DNA of 64,000 bases from NCBI RefSeq assembly GCF_009914755.1, contig NC_060932.1. The stretch is one strand, 5' to 3'. Of this stretch, positions 26,742 through 39,844 are shown one piece after another (positions within the stretch are counted from its first letter, which is position 1; each line of letters starts with the position of its first letter). A model generated the notes under the pieces. The model did not search any database. It was not told the DNA's origin and was given only the letters and a program-made list of their open reading frames with translations. The DNA comes from the human T2T-CHM13v2.0 reference genome, Homo sapiens. The position numbers and the translations under genes were made by a program.

Positions 26742-29700
26742 TTATTTTTTTCTTTTTTGAAAATGTTTTTAGGTTCAGGGTATCCACGTACAGGTTTGTT
26801 CATGGGGAAACTGTGTGTTGTTGAGGCTTGATTTAGGAATGAGCCTGTCGCCCAGGTAGTGAGCACAGTACCTGACAGATAGCCTTCCAATCCATGAGCC
26901 TCTCCTACCCTCCCCACTCAGGTAGTCCCCGGCACCTGTTGTTCCCTACTTTGTGTCACTGTCTTCAGTGTTTCACTCCCGTTTATGAGAACATGCAGCA
27001 TTTGGTTTTCTGTCTCTGCATTGCTTCACTTAGGATAATGGTCTTCAACTGCATCCATGTAGCTGCAAAAGACGTGATTCTTTTTTTTTTTCTCTTTTAT
27101 GGCTGCATAGTGTCTCACTTTGCATATGTACCACATTTTCTTTAGCCAGTTCACCATTGGTGAACATCGTGGCTGATTCCACGTGTTTACCATTGAGAAT
27201 AGCACTGCAATGAACATATGCATGCACGTGTCTTTTTGACAGAATGATTTATTTCCTTTTGGGTAATCCCAAAGGTGGGACTGCTGGTTTAAATAGTAGT
27301 CCTGTTTTAAGTTCTTCGATAAAACTCCACAGTTTTCCACAGTAGCTTAATTAATTTGCATTCCACTCACAGCATATAAAAACGTTACTTTTTTTTCTGC
27401 AAATTCACCAGCATCTGTTGTTTTTTTTGCTTTTTATTAATAGCAATTTTGACTCATGAGAGATGGTATCTCATCGTGGTTTTGATTTGCATGTCTCTAA
27501 TAGTTACTGATGAGCGTTTTTTCTTTTTCTTTTATTTTATTATTATTATTAGACTTTAAGTTTTAGGGTACATGTGAACAACGTGCACGTTAGTTACATA
27601 CATATACATGTGCCATGCTGCTGTGCTGCACCCATTAACTCGTCATTTGGTTTGCTGGCTGCTTGTTTATCTTCTTTTGAGAAGTGCCTGTTCATGTCCT
27701 TGCCCATTTTTTTAATAGGGTTGTTTTTCGTTTGCTGATTTGTCTAAGTTCCCTACAGATTCTTGATATTACACCTTTGTTGGATGTGTACTCTGCAAAT
27801 ATTTTCTCCCATTCTGGAGGTTGTCTGCTTACTCTGTTGATAACTTCTTTTGCTGTGCAGAAGCTTCTTAGTTTAATAGGTCCCACTTGTCAATTTTTAT
27901 TTTTATTGCAATTGCTTTTAGAGACTTATTCATAAATTGTTTACCAAGGCCAATGTTCAGAATGGTGTTTCTTAGGTTGTTTTCTATGATTTTAATTGTG
28001 TTAGAGCTTGCATTGAATCCTTTAATCCATCTGGAGTTATTTTTTGTATGTGGTGTAAGGAAGGGGTCCAGTTTCATAAGTCCAGCCGGGCCAGACTGCA
28101 TGAGTCTAGACAGTTTTCCCAGCTCCATTTTTTAAATAGGGAGTCCTTTCCCCATTGTCTGATATTGTCAACTTTGTCAAAGATCACGTGATTGTAGTTG
28201 TATGGCTTTATTTCTGGGTCCTCTCTCATTTTTCATTGGTCTATGTGTCTATTTCTGTACCAGTACCATGATGTTTTGATTAATGTAGTCCTGCAGTACA
28301 GTTTGAAATCGGGTAGTGTGATACCTCCAGCTTTGTTCCTTTTGCTCAGGACTGCTTTAGCTAATGTGGGGCTCTTTGGGCTCCATATAAATTTTAGAAT
28401 GGTTTTTCTTTTTCTAATTCTGTAAAAAATGACATTGGTACTTTGATATTAATATTGAATCTGTAAATTGCTTTGGGTGGTATGATGATTTTCACAATAT
28501 TGAGTCTTCCTGACCATGAGCACTGAATGGTTTTCATTTGTTTCTGTCATCTCTGATTTCTTTCAGCAGTGTTTTGTAATTCTTGCTGTGGAAATATTTT
28601 TCATTGTTGGTAAGTTATATCCCTAGGTATTTTATTCTTTGTGCTATTTTTAAATAGGATTGTGTTCTTAATTCGGCTTTGAGCTTCGATAGGGTATAGA
28701 AATTCTACTAATTTTCGTACATTATTTTGTATCCTGAAACATTACTGAAGTTGTTTATCAGTTCTAGAAGCCTTCTGGCAGGCTTTATGGGGTGTTCTAG
28801 GTATAGAGTTACATTGTCAGTGAAGTGAGACACCTTTTCTTGGCTGATTGCTCTGGCTAGAACTTCCAGTACTATGTTGAATAGTGGTCAAAGTGCGCAT
28901 CCTTGTCTCATTCCTGTTCTCAAGGCGAGTGCTTCTAGCTTTTTCTCATTCAGTATGGTGTTCATAGATGATCATTTTTTTGAGATATATTCCTTCAATG
29001 CCTAATTTGTTGAGGGTTTTTAACATGAATGTGTGCTGAATTTATCAGAGGCATTTTCTGTGTCTACTGAGATGATCTTGTGGCTTTTTTGTTCTGTGTA
29101 TATGGTGAATCACATTTATTGATATGTGTATGTTAAACCAACTTTAGATCACAGGTATACAGCCTACTTTATTGTGGTGAATTAGCTTTTTCATCTGCTG
29201 CTGGATTCAGTTTGCTGGTATTTTCTACGTTCATCAGGAATATTTGCCAGAAGATTCATTTTTCTCTTGTGTCTCTACCAGGGTTTTAATATCAGAATGA
29301 TGCTGGTTTCATAAAGTGACTTAGAGAGAAGTCCCTCTTTCTCAAATTTTTGGGAATCATTTTAGTAAGATAGGTACTAGCTCTTTTTTGTACATCTGGT
29401 AAAATTCGGCTTTGAATACATTTGGTCCAGGACTTTTGGTTGGTAGGCTTTTTATTACCGATTCAATTTTGGAACTTATTGGTCTGTTCAGGATTTTAAT
29501 TTCTTCCTGGCTTAATATGAGATGTTGTGTATTTCTAGGAATTTATCTAGTCTCCTAGGTTTTCTAGTTTGTGTATACAGAGGTGCTCATAATACTCTCA
29601 GGATTTTTTGTATTTCTGTTGGATAGGTTGTAATGTCACCTTTGTCATTTCTAAGTGTCTTTATTTGGGTCTTCTTAAAATTAATCTATCTCACAGTCTA

Positions 29701-32161
29701 TCAATCTTATTTAATCCTTCAAATCATCAACTTTTGGTTTTATTGATCTCTTATATGGATTTTAGCAGTTCAATTTCATTCAGTTCAGCTCTTATTTTGG
29801 TTATTTTCTGCTATGTTTGGGGATGGTTTGCTCTGGTTTTTCTAGTTCCTCTAGGTTTGATGTTAGGTTGCTAATTTAAGATCTTTTTGACTTCCTGATA
29901 TAGACATTAAGTGCTAAAAACTTTCCTCTTAACACTGATTTAGCTGTTTCCCAGAGATTCTGGTATTTTGTGTCTCCATTTTCACTGGTTTCAAAAACTT
30001 TTTTTGATTTCTGACTTAATTTCATTCTTTACCTAAAAGTCATTTGGTGTCAAGTTCAACTTCCATGTAATTGTATGGCTCTGATGGGTCTTTCTGATAC
30101 GACTTCATTTTTGTTTGTGCTGTTTTATTTGTGGTTGTTATGAATTGAATTTTTTTTTAAATTTATTGAGACTTGCTTTAAGGCCAAGCATGTGGTTGAT
30201 CTTAGACTGTGTGCCATGTGCAGGTAAGAAGAAAGTATATTCTATCACTGTTGGGTGGAGTGTTTTATAGATGTCTCTGAGGTATAATTAGTCAAGTGTC
30301 AAGGTTAAGTTCAAAATATCTGTTAGTTTTCTGCCACAATGATTTGTCTAACACCGTCAGTGCAGTATTGAAGTCTCCCAGTATTATTGAGTGGTTGTCT
30401 AAGTCTGTCTGTAGATCTCTACAAACTTGTTTTATGACTATGAGTGCTCCCACGTTGAGTGACTTAACTACTTAAAATAGTTGTCTTCTTGTTGAATTGA
30501 GCCCTTTATCATTACGTAATGCCCTTGTCTTTTTTTATTGTTGTTGGTTTAAAGATCGTTTTCTCTAATATAGAATTAGCTACTCCTGTTTGTTCATTTT
30601 TTGTTTGCCTGATAGATCTTTATCCATCCCTTTACTTCGAGACTATGGGTGTTGTTACTTGTAAGACGAGTATCTGGAAGACAGCAGAGAGTTGGGTCTT
30701 GCTTCTTTACCCAACTTTCCATTTGGATAAAATGTATTTTACGCATTTAAAGTTAGACATTTAACCCATTTACATTCTGGGTCAATATTGACACGTGAGA
30801 ATTGTATCTATCATCTTGCTGTAAGCTGGTTCTTATGTAGACTTAGTTGTATAGTTGATTTATAATGTCAATGAGGTATGTGCTTCAGTGTGTTTTTCGG
30901 TGGTAGTCATTCTTTCATTTCCATATTTAGCATGCCTTTTAGATAGTCTGGTAAGGCAGGTCGAGTTTCAACAAATTACCTTAGCTTTGGCTTTCCTGAA
31001 AAGAATTTCATTTCTCCTTTGCTTATGAAGGTTAGTTTGGTGAGATACGAAATTCTTGTTTGGAATTACTTTTTAAGGATATTCAATACAGGCTCCCAGT
31101 CTTTCCCAGTTTGTAAGGTTTCTGCTGAAATGTCTGCTGTTAGCCTGATGGGGGTCCCTTTGTAAGTGACCTGCTCCTTCTCTCTAGCTGCTTTCAAGAT
31201 TTTTTCTTTCTCACAGACCTTGGAAAATCTGATGATATTGTCTTGGAAAGGGTCATCTTGTATAATATCTCATGGAGATTCTCTGAATTTCTTGCATTTG
31301 CATGGCAACTGTCCTAATGGGACTGCAAGGATTTCCATGGACTATATGTTCAAATGTGTTTCTCAAGTTTCTTGCTCTCTTTCTCTTTCTGGAATAACAA
31401 TGAGTTGTGTTTGGTCTCTTTGCATAATCTCATATTTTTGGAAGTTTTGTCCATTTTTAAAAATTCATTTTTAATTTTTGTATGCTCACGTTGCTTCAAA
31501 GGAGTGGTGTTCAAGACCTGAGATTCTTTCCTCAGCTCGGTCTGTTATACAGTTAATGTCACCAGTTGTGTTTCGAAATTCCTGTGGCAAATTTAATTCA
31601 CAAGATCCAGTTTGGTTCTTTCTTAAAATGGTTATGTTGGCTTCCAACTCTTAGATCATTTTATTGTTTTCCTTGGATTCTGTTTCAACCTCCTCTTGTA
31701 TCTTGATGAGCTCCATTGCCATCCAGATTCTGAAGTCTATGTCTGACACACTTCAGCCATTTCAGTCTGGTTTGAATCCATTGCTGGCGAGCTAGTGTGA
31801 TTGTTTGGAGGCAAGAAGACACACTGACCTTTAGAGTTACTAGGGTCTTGGAGTGGTTCATTCTCTTTTGTGAAGGCTAATGATCATTTCCCTTTGAAGT
31901 TACTGTTCTTTAGATGGGGCATTTTGTTTTTATGGTCTTTATTGCCCTTGAGAGTTTCACAGTAGAACAAGTTGGGTATAGCTGAATGACTTTATTTCTG
32001 GATACTTTAGGGGTCAAGGCTCAGCTCCACACTGCTGGGCTACATGCTCTCACCGTGGGGGATTAGGACCAGGTCAGCAGTTTGGCTTCTAGTCCCTTGA
32101 GGATGCGCCTCTGCTGGGCTGGAGAGGCCAAGATACTCACAGACTACTGGCAACAGGCAAG
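26742..32161 (-). mobile_element. ~5.4 kb old L1PA (L1PA15-17-like), decayed ORF2/ORF1
   Basis: ORF remnants KDTCMHMFIAVLF..WNQPRC..WLKKMWYI and [28 protein letters not shown]; 3'UTR CCCAGGTAGTGAGCACAGTACC; 11-bp TSD TTAAAGTTTTA (26731-26741 and 32162-32172). Confidence 0.92.
27524..27648 (-). mobile_element. young L1PA2/L1PA3 3' tip nested in the old L1
   Basis: TTTAAGTTTTAGGGTACATGTG...GTTAGTTACATA...TGCACCCATTAACTCGTCATTT with a T-rich tail. Confidence 0.88.
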
Positions 32162-32619
32162 TTAAAGTTTTAAATGCAGGGTTTTGAGAGAAACTTCCTG
32201 TTATATTTTGTATTAAACATATTTTTATTCTGTTTAATTCAAGTAAGCATTAGGTTTTTAAGGAGGAAATGGAGCAGAGGGCATGTCTGGGGATAGAAAA
32301 TATAATAAACCTAAGGCTTCAATATTAGATATGGGATATTCCCTTATGCAAAGAGACAATATCGTTATAAATTTTTTAAAGCAATGTATTATTTTTTCAT
32401 TCATGGATTCAAAATGCTGATTTCTCTGCTTCATAAAAATTCATCTTACTGCACAAATTCACTTATTTTCTTTCTTACGTCTTAAAGTTCTTATATCTTA
32501 AAGTTAGTAGAATGTTAGCTATATAATCATTACTTTGTATGTATGTATGTTTTTATGTATTTTTCAAACGCCTAAGGTCTTTACGGTTACATAATAGACA
32601 AATATTGTTTTTTAATTCA

Positions 32620-32915
32620 TGTTGTTGGACTGCCAAGCAATTGTAGTGGAGGAACAGGGTCAAGTAAACTGAATTGATCAAAACAAATATTTACGATTGT
32701 GGACTGTGGAGGCCATGCAAGTTAAGAAGGGAAGTGTGGATTTCACAAGAGTAATGATGACGAAAAGTGGTAGCTCCGCTAATATAAACTCATTGCCGTG
32801 ATGGAAATGTTATGACTGAAGACATATGAGTTCAAAGGTTCAGCACGATATAGCTACAGGTCATGGCAAGGTCTGGGGTGAACATGGCAGTAGGTGGCTG
32901 AGGTGGAAGAAAAGC
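32620..32915 (-). mobile_element. L2 fragment
   Basis: GGTCATGGCAAGGTCTGGGGTGAACATGGCAGTAGGTGGCTGAGGTGGA resembles antisense L2 ORF2. Confidence 0.55.
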
Positions 32916-33374
32916 CCTTTCTATCTCAGTGCAAAGTCCATTTACTGAATATTAGCATTTTTCTATGTGCATTTCTCTAACCTTCTACTTGTCCAAAAAG
33001 AGATATTTTTTTGTCAGTATTAGCCATTAAGGTATAAGCTAAAGCAGGAAAAAGTAAAACTTTATATGAAGTAAAGATACATAACGTCGGCTCTCCATTT
33101 CATTTTATTAAGTCTGTGGGTTAAATGACATCATGAGAACAGACTGTGGTAGCATTAAAAGTGAAGGAGGAACGCTTAGTGTTTCCTTCCACATGCTGTT
33201 TTCCATTGCTGCTGTCAAAAGGTAATCATTTCATCTGTATTTGACATATATTTTTGTATACCATGAATTAGTGAACTCAATTCAAGGGCAATAGTTAAGT
33301 GTCACTTAAAACAACAACAACAAAAAACAGAAAAAAAGTCCTCTAATACCTCATCCAATAAAATGATTCAAAGC

Positions 33375-34334
33375 CTTTTGGAGGAATGGCTGTTTCTAGG
33401 TTTGAGGTACACTTAAAACAAGGTGAGCGTTTTTACTGTCAGAAAGTAAGGAAGTGTTAAAAAAAAAAAAAATCACAAACAAAAAGCCACATTGATGCAG
33501 GCCTGTCAAAGGACTCAATAGCTAACTGAAAGAGTTCTCACTGTCCAAACCTAGAAAATGGAGGCAAAAGAAAAAAAAAAAGTAGCATTGGATAACCCAA
33601 AGTGTACAATAAATATACTTGAGTGCATACTGATAAAAATAAAATAGGAAGAAAGCCCAATTTCCAGTGCAGAAGACTACAAAATTATTTACATGGAAAT
33701 ATAGCCCTCAAGAAGGCAAAGTGTAACTCCCCATCCCTTAAGCATGAGTAGCACATAGTGATTTGCTTCCGAAGAGTGCAGTGTGGCAAGAGGAAAATAT
33801 AAAGTGACTTCACACTGGACAGCCCTCAGCTAGCATCAGCAGTGATGATTCGGGCTCACAGTGTATAACCCTGATTTGATGTGATGAGAAGACAGTTTAC
33901 CTGTGTGGTCTGTCTCCCAAAACCCCAAACTCCAGTCTCATCATGAGAAAAACATCAGACACCTCCCTATGGAGGAGCAACCCATGATACCCCTTGACCG
34001 GTGCTGCTCCAAACTGTCAAAGTCATCACAAACAAGAGGAGTCTGAGAAACTACCCCAGCCAAGAGGAGCCTACGAAGGTATGATAAGTAAATGTCAAGT
34101 GTGATCCTGGGACAGAAAGGGAACATTAGGTAATAACCAAAGAAAGTATGCGACATAGGATTTTTAGTTAATAACGTGTCACTGTTGGTTTATTAACTGC
34201 AACAAATGTGCCACCAGAATATAAAATGTTAACAACAGAGGAGACAGAGTGTGGAGTATTTGAAAACACTGCAATATCTCTGAAATGTTCCCATAAATCT
34301 AAAACTGTCCTAAAAAAGTTTATTTAGCAAAAAA
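33375..34334 (+). mobile_element. L1MC/L1MD 3' region
   Basis: CATGAGAAAAACATCAGAC, AAACTGTCAAAGTCATC, AGTCTGAGAAAC...CCAAGAGGAGCCTA, AAATCTAAAACTGTCCTAAA end. Confidence 0.82.
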
Positions 34335-35224
34335 CTTTCAGAACTACTGCATTATTCCTCTCACTTCTATTACGTACTCAACTCTTATCATTTAATTTCA
34401 TCTTATTTAATTTTCCTATGTGCGATGGTGATTCATGAACATAACTGAAATTTCTTTTCTAAAAATATTATGGAAGTTATGATAGTTTAATGAAATGTTT
34501 CACTTTAATTTAATTAGAAGGAAACATTTCTATACTCTCATCTTTCCCTCCGGGGAAGGAACACTGTGCCATCTTATTATCAGGTTCTCCCTGGGGCACT
34601 TTTTCTCTTTGATAAATTTGTTATAGTCGTCAAAGCCTGGAAGACAGTACTAGCCAAAGGAGCTTTTCTATGTATATGTATAATTCTTTCTTTTGCTTTA
34701 ACGCAGAAGCTGTTAGTGAGGTATTAAAATGAAAATTTCCCCTTTCTCTCTATACCTAGAAGACTTTAGTGTCTCTACTGAGTAGACTTGATATATACCA
34801 TTAACGGAAAAGCCAGTATGAACTATGACAGAAATTAAGACAGAATTCTCAGTAAAAATACGTGATCAAATTGAACTTAAATAATATAATCAATAATGAA
34901 GTGTATCATATGTGACCGAAGCATGGTTTTCACACCTGCCATTTTATTGACCCATCAGCTGGATAAGTACGTCCTTACCCTCCCCTTTTAGATCCCCCCT
35001 CTGAGTTCCAGTCCAGGGTTAGCTTTGAGGAAGGATTAACAGCAGTCCCCACAACATCATCACCATCACTAACGTGTGAGTTAATTTTTTTTAATACAGC
35101 CTACCTACTGTTATGCTGTATTAGAGTACAATATAATTACAGTACAATGTAATCTTTTTCTTTATTTTCAGAATCTGATTATAGGTGTCAGGGGATATCA
35201 GTAATAATAAAAAGAAAGTCATAG

Positions 35225-35780
35225 GGGCTGAAGGCACCTGAAAAAACTTTTTGTAGAAGGAATGGAACTTTATCTGTCCTACGGAGTGAAAGGAAGAGAG
35301 CTTGCTACTGGCAGGAGTGAGGAGAGAATGCCCACAGCAGATCTAGAGAGAAGAGGCTGGTCAGTCCCACTCAAGCGACTCACACTGTCCAGGAATGAGC
35401 CATGGAAAGACAAGGGAAGCAGCTAAGAAATGGTCCTGAAAGCCAGGAGCATGAAGTTGTTTTTTAGCTGGATGTTTTCTGAGTAGACGGCTAGATTATA
35501 AAGGTGGCATTTAGGAAAATAAGCAGCTGCATCCGTGTCTGGAGCAGACTAAGCATGAGCAGCAGAGACGTCCAAGTGGTTCTTGTCTAATGAATGGCCA
35601 CCTGCTCTAGGATGGCCCAGGAGAGGATGGCAGGAAAACGGCCTGCTGAGCAAAGTCTAGAGTGAATTTAAAGAACCTAGGGGCTAATTAAACACAGGAC
35701 ATGAAGCTGAAGAAGAGCCAATGATCTGTTCCAGGTTTCTAATCAGAGTCTTAGAAAACAATGATTAAACAGACAAAGGT
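35225..35780 (-). mobile_element. L2 fragment(s)
   Basis: Purine-rich, degenerate antisense L2 (GCATTTAGGAAAAT, ATGATCTGTTCCAGGTTTCT). Confidence 0.5.
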
Positions 35781-35818
35781 GGGGTGGGTGGGGGGGGGGC
35801 GATAGTGGGGGTACGGGC
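35778..35818 (+). repeat. G-rich tract (G-quadruplex-capable)
   Basis: GGGG-T-GGG-T-G10...GGGGG...GGG. Confidence 0.75.
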
Positions 35819-37099
35819 AAGGAGCAATAGTGGGGACAGGGCAGGGAGCTAGAGCAATTTGTGAAGATTAAGAGGCTGTTATAGGTAGAAAAGGAGTGAT
35901 GAATATTTCCAGGCATGTTCATTGGCAGACCTGAAGAACGAAGTCAAAAATGGCAACTGTAGATAGGTGAAAATACAGTGTTAGGGTAAAATAACGAAAG
36001 CAAGAAATATGGAGTGTTTTCAAGTCTTTGCCCACGGGGATAGATAGTTTGGATGGTCTTAGAATACATAAAACATGCAGTTGTCCATAAACAGACTTCA
36101 GGAAAAGACACAAAAAAGTGTCATATCTCCAAAAGCACCTTTCTTCCTGGTCTGTGAGGAGGGTGATCATCCTATTCACCATCCACACAGGGGCACTTTT
36201 GAGAGGAAAACAGGGCATTATATTTTGGAATAATGAGCACAAGCATCTTGTACTACCCCAGGAAACCAGAGCTGTCCTCACCCGTTTGTAGTTTTACAGT
36301 CCATCTTATGGAGTCTCCTTGATGGGCAAGTGACATCAGAAGAATTTTTTTTTCCTCCTTAACATTTTAGCCCACTTCTTACTAACATTAGCATTTCAAC
36401 TGAAGACTCCTACTGAGGAAGAAGGCTCACTGGCTAACAGCCACGTGGAATTGTGGCTGTGGGATGGTCGCGGCTGGTGGAAGGATAAGGGAGGAATGCC
36501 CACAGAGTGAGAGGGGTAATTAAAGGTCTGCATGACTGTTTTCTTCCTCCTCACTTCCCGACTGCCTGCACCATGCCCTGCCCTGTCTTTGTACAGTGAT
36601 TTCCCCCTCTTCAAACCATCCTCATACATTTTTTAAGAGTTCAATGTTTTTAAGCCAAAACAGACTTCACAGTCATCTAAATAAAAGATGTACACAACTC
36701 CCATCAAACACAGGCAAATGCCTTCAGGATACGGCCACCACCTCCTGCTCTTAGATGTGCAGAGAGTTTCCTGGCAACCTCCAGGCCTTGCCAATGCTGC
36801 TTATCCCACTGTTTCTGAGAGCAGCCAAGGGATTGTCTATGGTGGAAAATGCCCGTCTTTAAGTCTTGATATCTATACTGAAGCTAGAGAAGAAAATTTC
36901 CATAATTTAATATATCATAACTAAGTAGGACTCAGCTTATCAAAAGACATGGAAATGCACTGCAAACTTTATGCTCTAACATCAAGTGTGCTTAACAACT
37001 GTATCAAAAGAATTTATTTTCTGCTGGCTCTGTTTGTCAATAATCGTTTTTGACGTTTTCCTATTTGACAATACTGATAGCATTTTCTCTGATGGTAAG

Positions 37100-37720
37100 A
37101 ATGACCTGTGGCCATTGTAGAAAATTTAGAAAGTCAGGACATTTTCAAGAAGAGAATAAAAGTTACCTATAATCTCAACTCTTAGAAATACTTATTGTGA
37201 GTAACCATATGTAACCCGTGCTGTGATTCTCTTGTGCATATTTTTTTCTTTACGTTTCAAAATATTTTCGGCTTATTCTGTAGAAACATCATTTAGAAAG
37301 AAAACCTCCATTTTTATATGAATAGACCATTATTTTCCCCACAGTATATTTAATCAATTTTTAATTTAATTTTATCTCATATATTTGCCTGTTTGTTGTT
37401 GTTACAACATTGAGTTAGTCTGACAATTTTTAGGGGGGAATTAAATAATATTTCTTTTCAGAAGGGTTGCATTCTATAGCCGTGCTCATATCACACCGTT
37501 GTTAACGCTGAATATTAATTCTTTAATCTTTGCAAACTGATTGCATTTTAACTTGCACTGCTTTATTCACCCAGCTGCAATATTTTTCAGCCTGTTTGAT
37601 AACCAACTCTATTTTCTGTTGTCCGACCTCTACTTTCATGTTCCTCACCCCTGTGATTTTGTCTTATTTGTAAGTGCTTCTCTGTTATGCATTTTTACAG
37701 GTATTTGACTTGGATTTTGT
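37100..37720 (-). mobile_element. ancient L1ME fragments
   Basis: CATTGTAGAAAATTTAGAAA..., TTTAATCTTTGCAAACTGAT, TTAACTTGCA; highly degenerate. Confidence 0.45.
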
Positions 37721-39477
37721 ATTTTGGACACACTACTGTACTGCAATTTTATGGAACGGGGGTAATGTTCACTCCTCCACTCACCGCACAGGTGCTGAGC
37801 ACCAGCATGGCAGAAGCTGTGCCCCGGGACACAGGTACAGTGGCAAGTGGGATGGCCTCGTCGGTTTCAGATTGTTCTCCTGGATCATTGCTTCTGTTGC
37901 TTTCATACATTTCATTCCTCTTTCTTCTAAATTTTCATATAGAGCCATTTCTCCTTTATTTTTCATTTTTATGTGTTTTAAACGGTGGGATTATAGTGCA
38001 TGGAATTGATTACACATCTTTTGGAAGGGCTGAGAGCGCAAAAGAGGAAAATAATTAACCGAGATTAGTAATTAAACAAAGCAACTATCACCCCTGGGAC
38101 AGAGAGAGCAAAAGGGAGGAGGAGAAGTCACCACAGCCCAAAACCTTGGTCGGGGGAGGCTTAGAGCTTACTAATTTGGCTTTTAATGGTTTGCTTCCTT
38201 TTCTTTTAGTCGTTATATCTAAACTACTTAAATCTATTCAGTTTTCAATGCGAAGTGAGAGGTTAAATTGATTTTTTCCCCCTTAAATTACTAACAAGTC
38301 AATTTGAGTATATTTTAAAGGTTCTCCAAAGATCACTTTTGGACCCAGGAGAACTAATATATACTCAAAGTTGAGTCAGTAAAGGTGCTGGACTTTGCGA
38401 AGAAGCCAAGTAAATTCTCAAAGCCTCAATTTTATGATGTGCAAAACTAGAGGTTCAATGAAATCATTTATAAGGTTCTTTTTAGCAAAGTATATATTTC
38501 TATTAAGCTTTTAAAAATTTCATCTGTGGCATACTTTTGATTTAAAATACTTCTTACTCTGCCCATAACAACTATTAGGCTATCAGGAAAAAAGAATTTT
38601 TGGCACCTTTAAATATCCAAGCGTTGTACAATTGTTTAGCTTTGTGTATAAATATTTTTGCCCCAATTAGTATACTTCTGTAACTGTGAATAGTGCCGAA
38701 ATGAATTGAATTAGTATGGATTACTTTGTATAGTACTTAAATTGGGAGGTACTTAACAAATGGCCCTCATAATATTGATTATAGCAAATGATAGAATTGT
38801 AGTGCTGTCAACAACATTTAAATATATTTGTAATTCCTTTATTTGTATTCCCTCTAATATACAGGTAAGTGTAACACCCACTACTCATTCAATTACAGAC
38901 TCCGAAGGTGAAGTAGATGCAAAACACAGAAGCCAAATTTTACGGGTGGCATGGAGTGTACATGCTTCAATATTTCCATTATTCACTTATACTCTAGATA
39001 TTGCGACTCTAATTGGCGTCCAACGAATTAGTCGTGTTATGTACTGATGAGATTTCCTTAACATTACTTTTCTATTAACATTTGTCAATACATTGTCCCT
39101 GTTATATAATCCATGCAAAGTAACTATTAAATTGTTATAAATTGCTGTTTTTGAACTTTGACATTTAATGAATGTAGGTGGAACATAATCATGAGAAATT
39201 AGCTCACTCGTTTGCACGCAAGTTGGCTTAAAACAGAAGAGCATGATATCAATTGTAAAAATCTCAAAAATTATTCTCTGTCTAGCACTCTGTCTCCCTA
39301 GTTTTTATCCCCTTTATCTCTCTCTCTGTCTTTCTCTCTGTTCATATTCGCTGAAGTCACCGTGTGACCATTCTTCCTTTTAGCTTTGCACTGGTCTTCA
39401 ATAAGTTTCAAATACCTTGAGTCAAAAAGGATGCTAAAACAAGAGTTTGAAGACAAAAAGAATAGGTGGATAGCAGC

Positions 39478-39830
39478 TGCTGGTTTAATCATCCCCTTCC
39501 TGTCCCTGCTCAAATGTTGAAACCTAATATTCAGTGTGGTGGTCTTAGAAGGTGAGGCCTTTGGGAGATTATGAGGTTATGAGAGCTCTGCTCTCATGAA
39601 TGGGATTACTGCCCTTGTAAGACGTCAAGGGAGCTTTTTCCCCTTCTGCCATGTGAGGACACATAGAAGGCATAATCTATGAAACAGAGAGTCAGCCCTT
39701 TCTCTAGTTGCTGAATCCGCAATCCTTGGGTCTTGGACTTCCCAGCCCCTGGAATTGTGATAAATTCCTATTATTTATAAGCCTTCCAGTTTATGATATT
39801 TTGTAATCACAGCTCAGATGGATTAAGAAA
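39478..39830 (+). mobile_element. MLT1A-family solo LTR (MaLR)
   Basis: GGCCTTTGGGAG, CTCATGAATGGGATTA, GCCATGTGAGGACAC, TCTTGGACTTCCCAGCC. Confidence 0.87.
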
Positions 39831-39844
39831 GTAGCAAAGTATCT

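Noticed and set aside
27026-31474. ORFs of 60-104 aa as genes
   Set aside because: They are frameshifted remnants or antisense frames of the decayed L1 copy
37674-38058. 111-aa and 123-aa plus-strand ORFs
   Set aside because: They start in an L1ME relic, have low-complexity hydrophobic composition and weak splice signals
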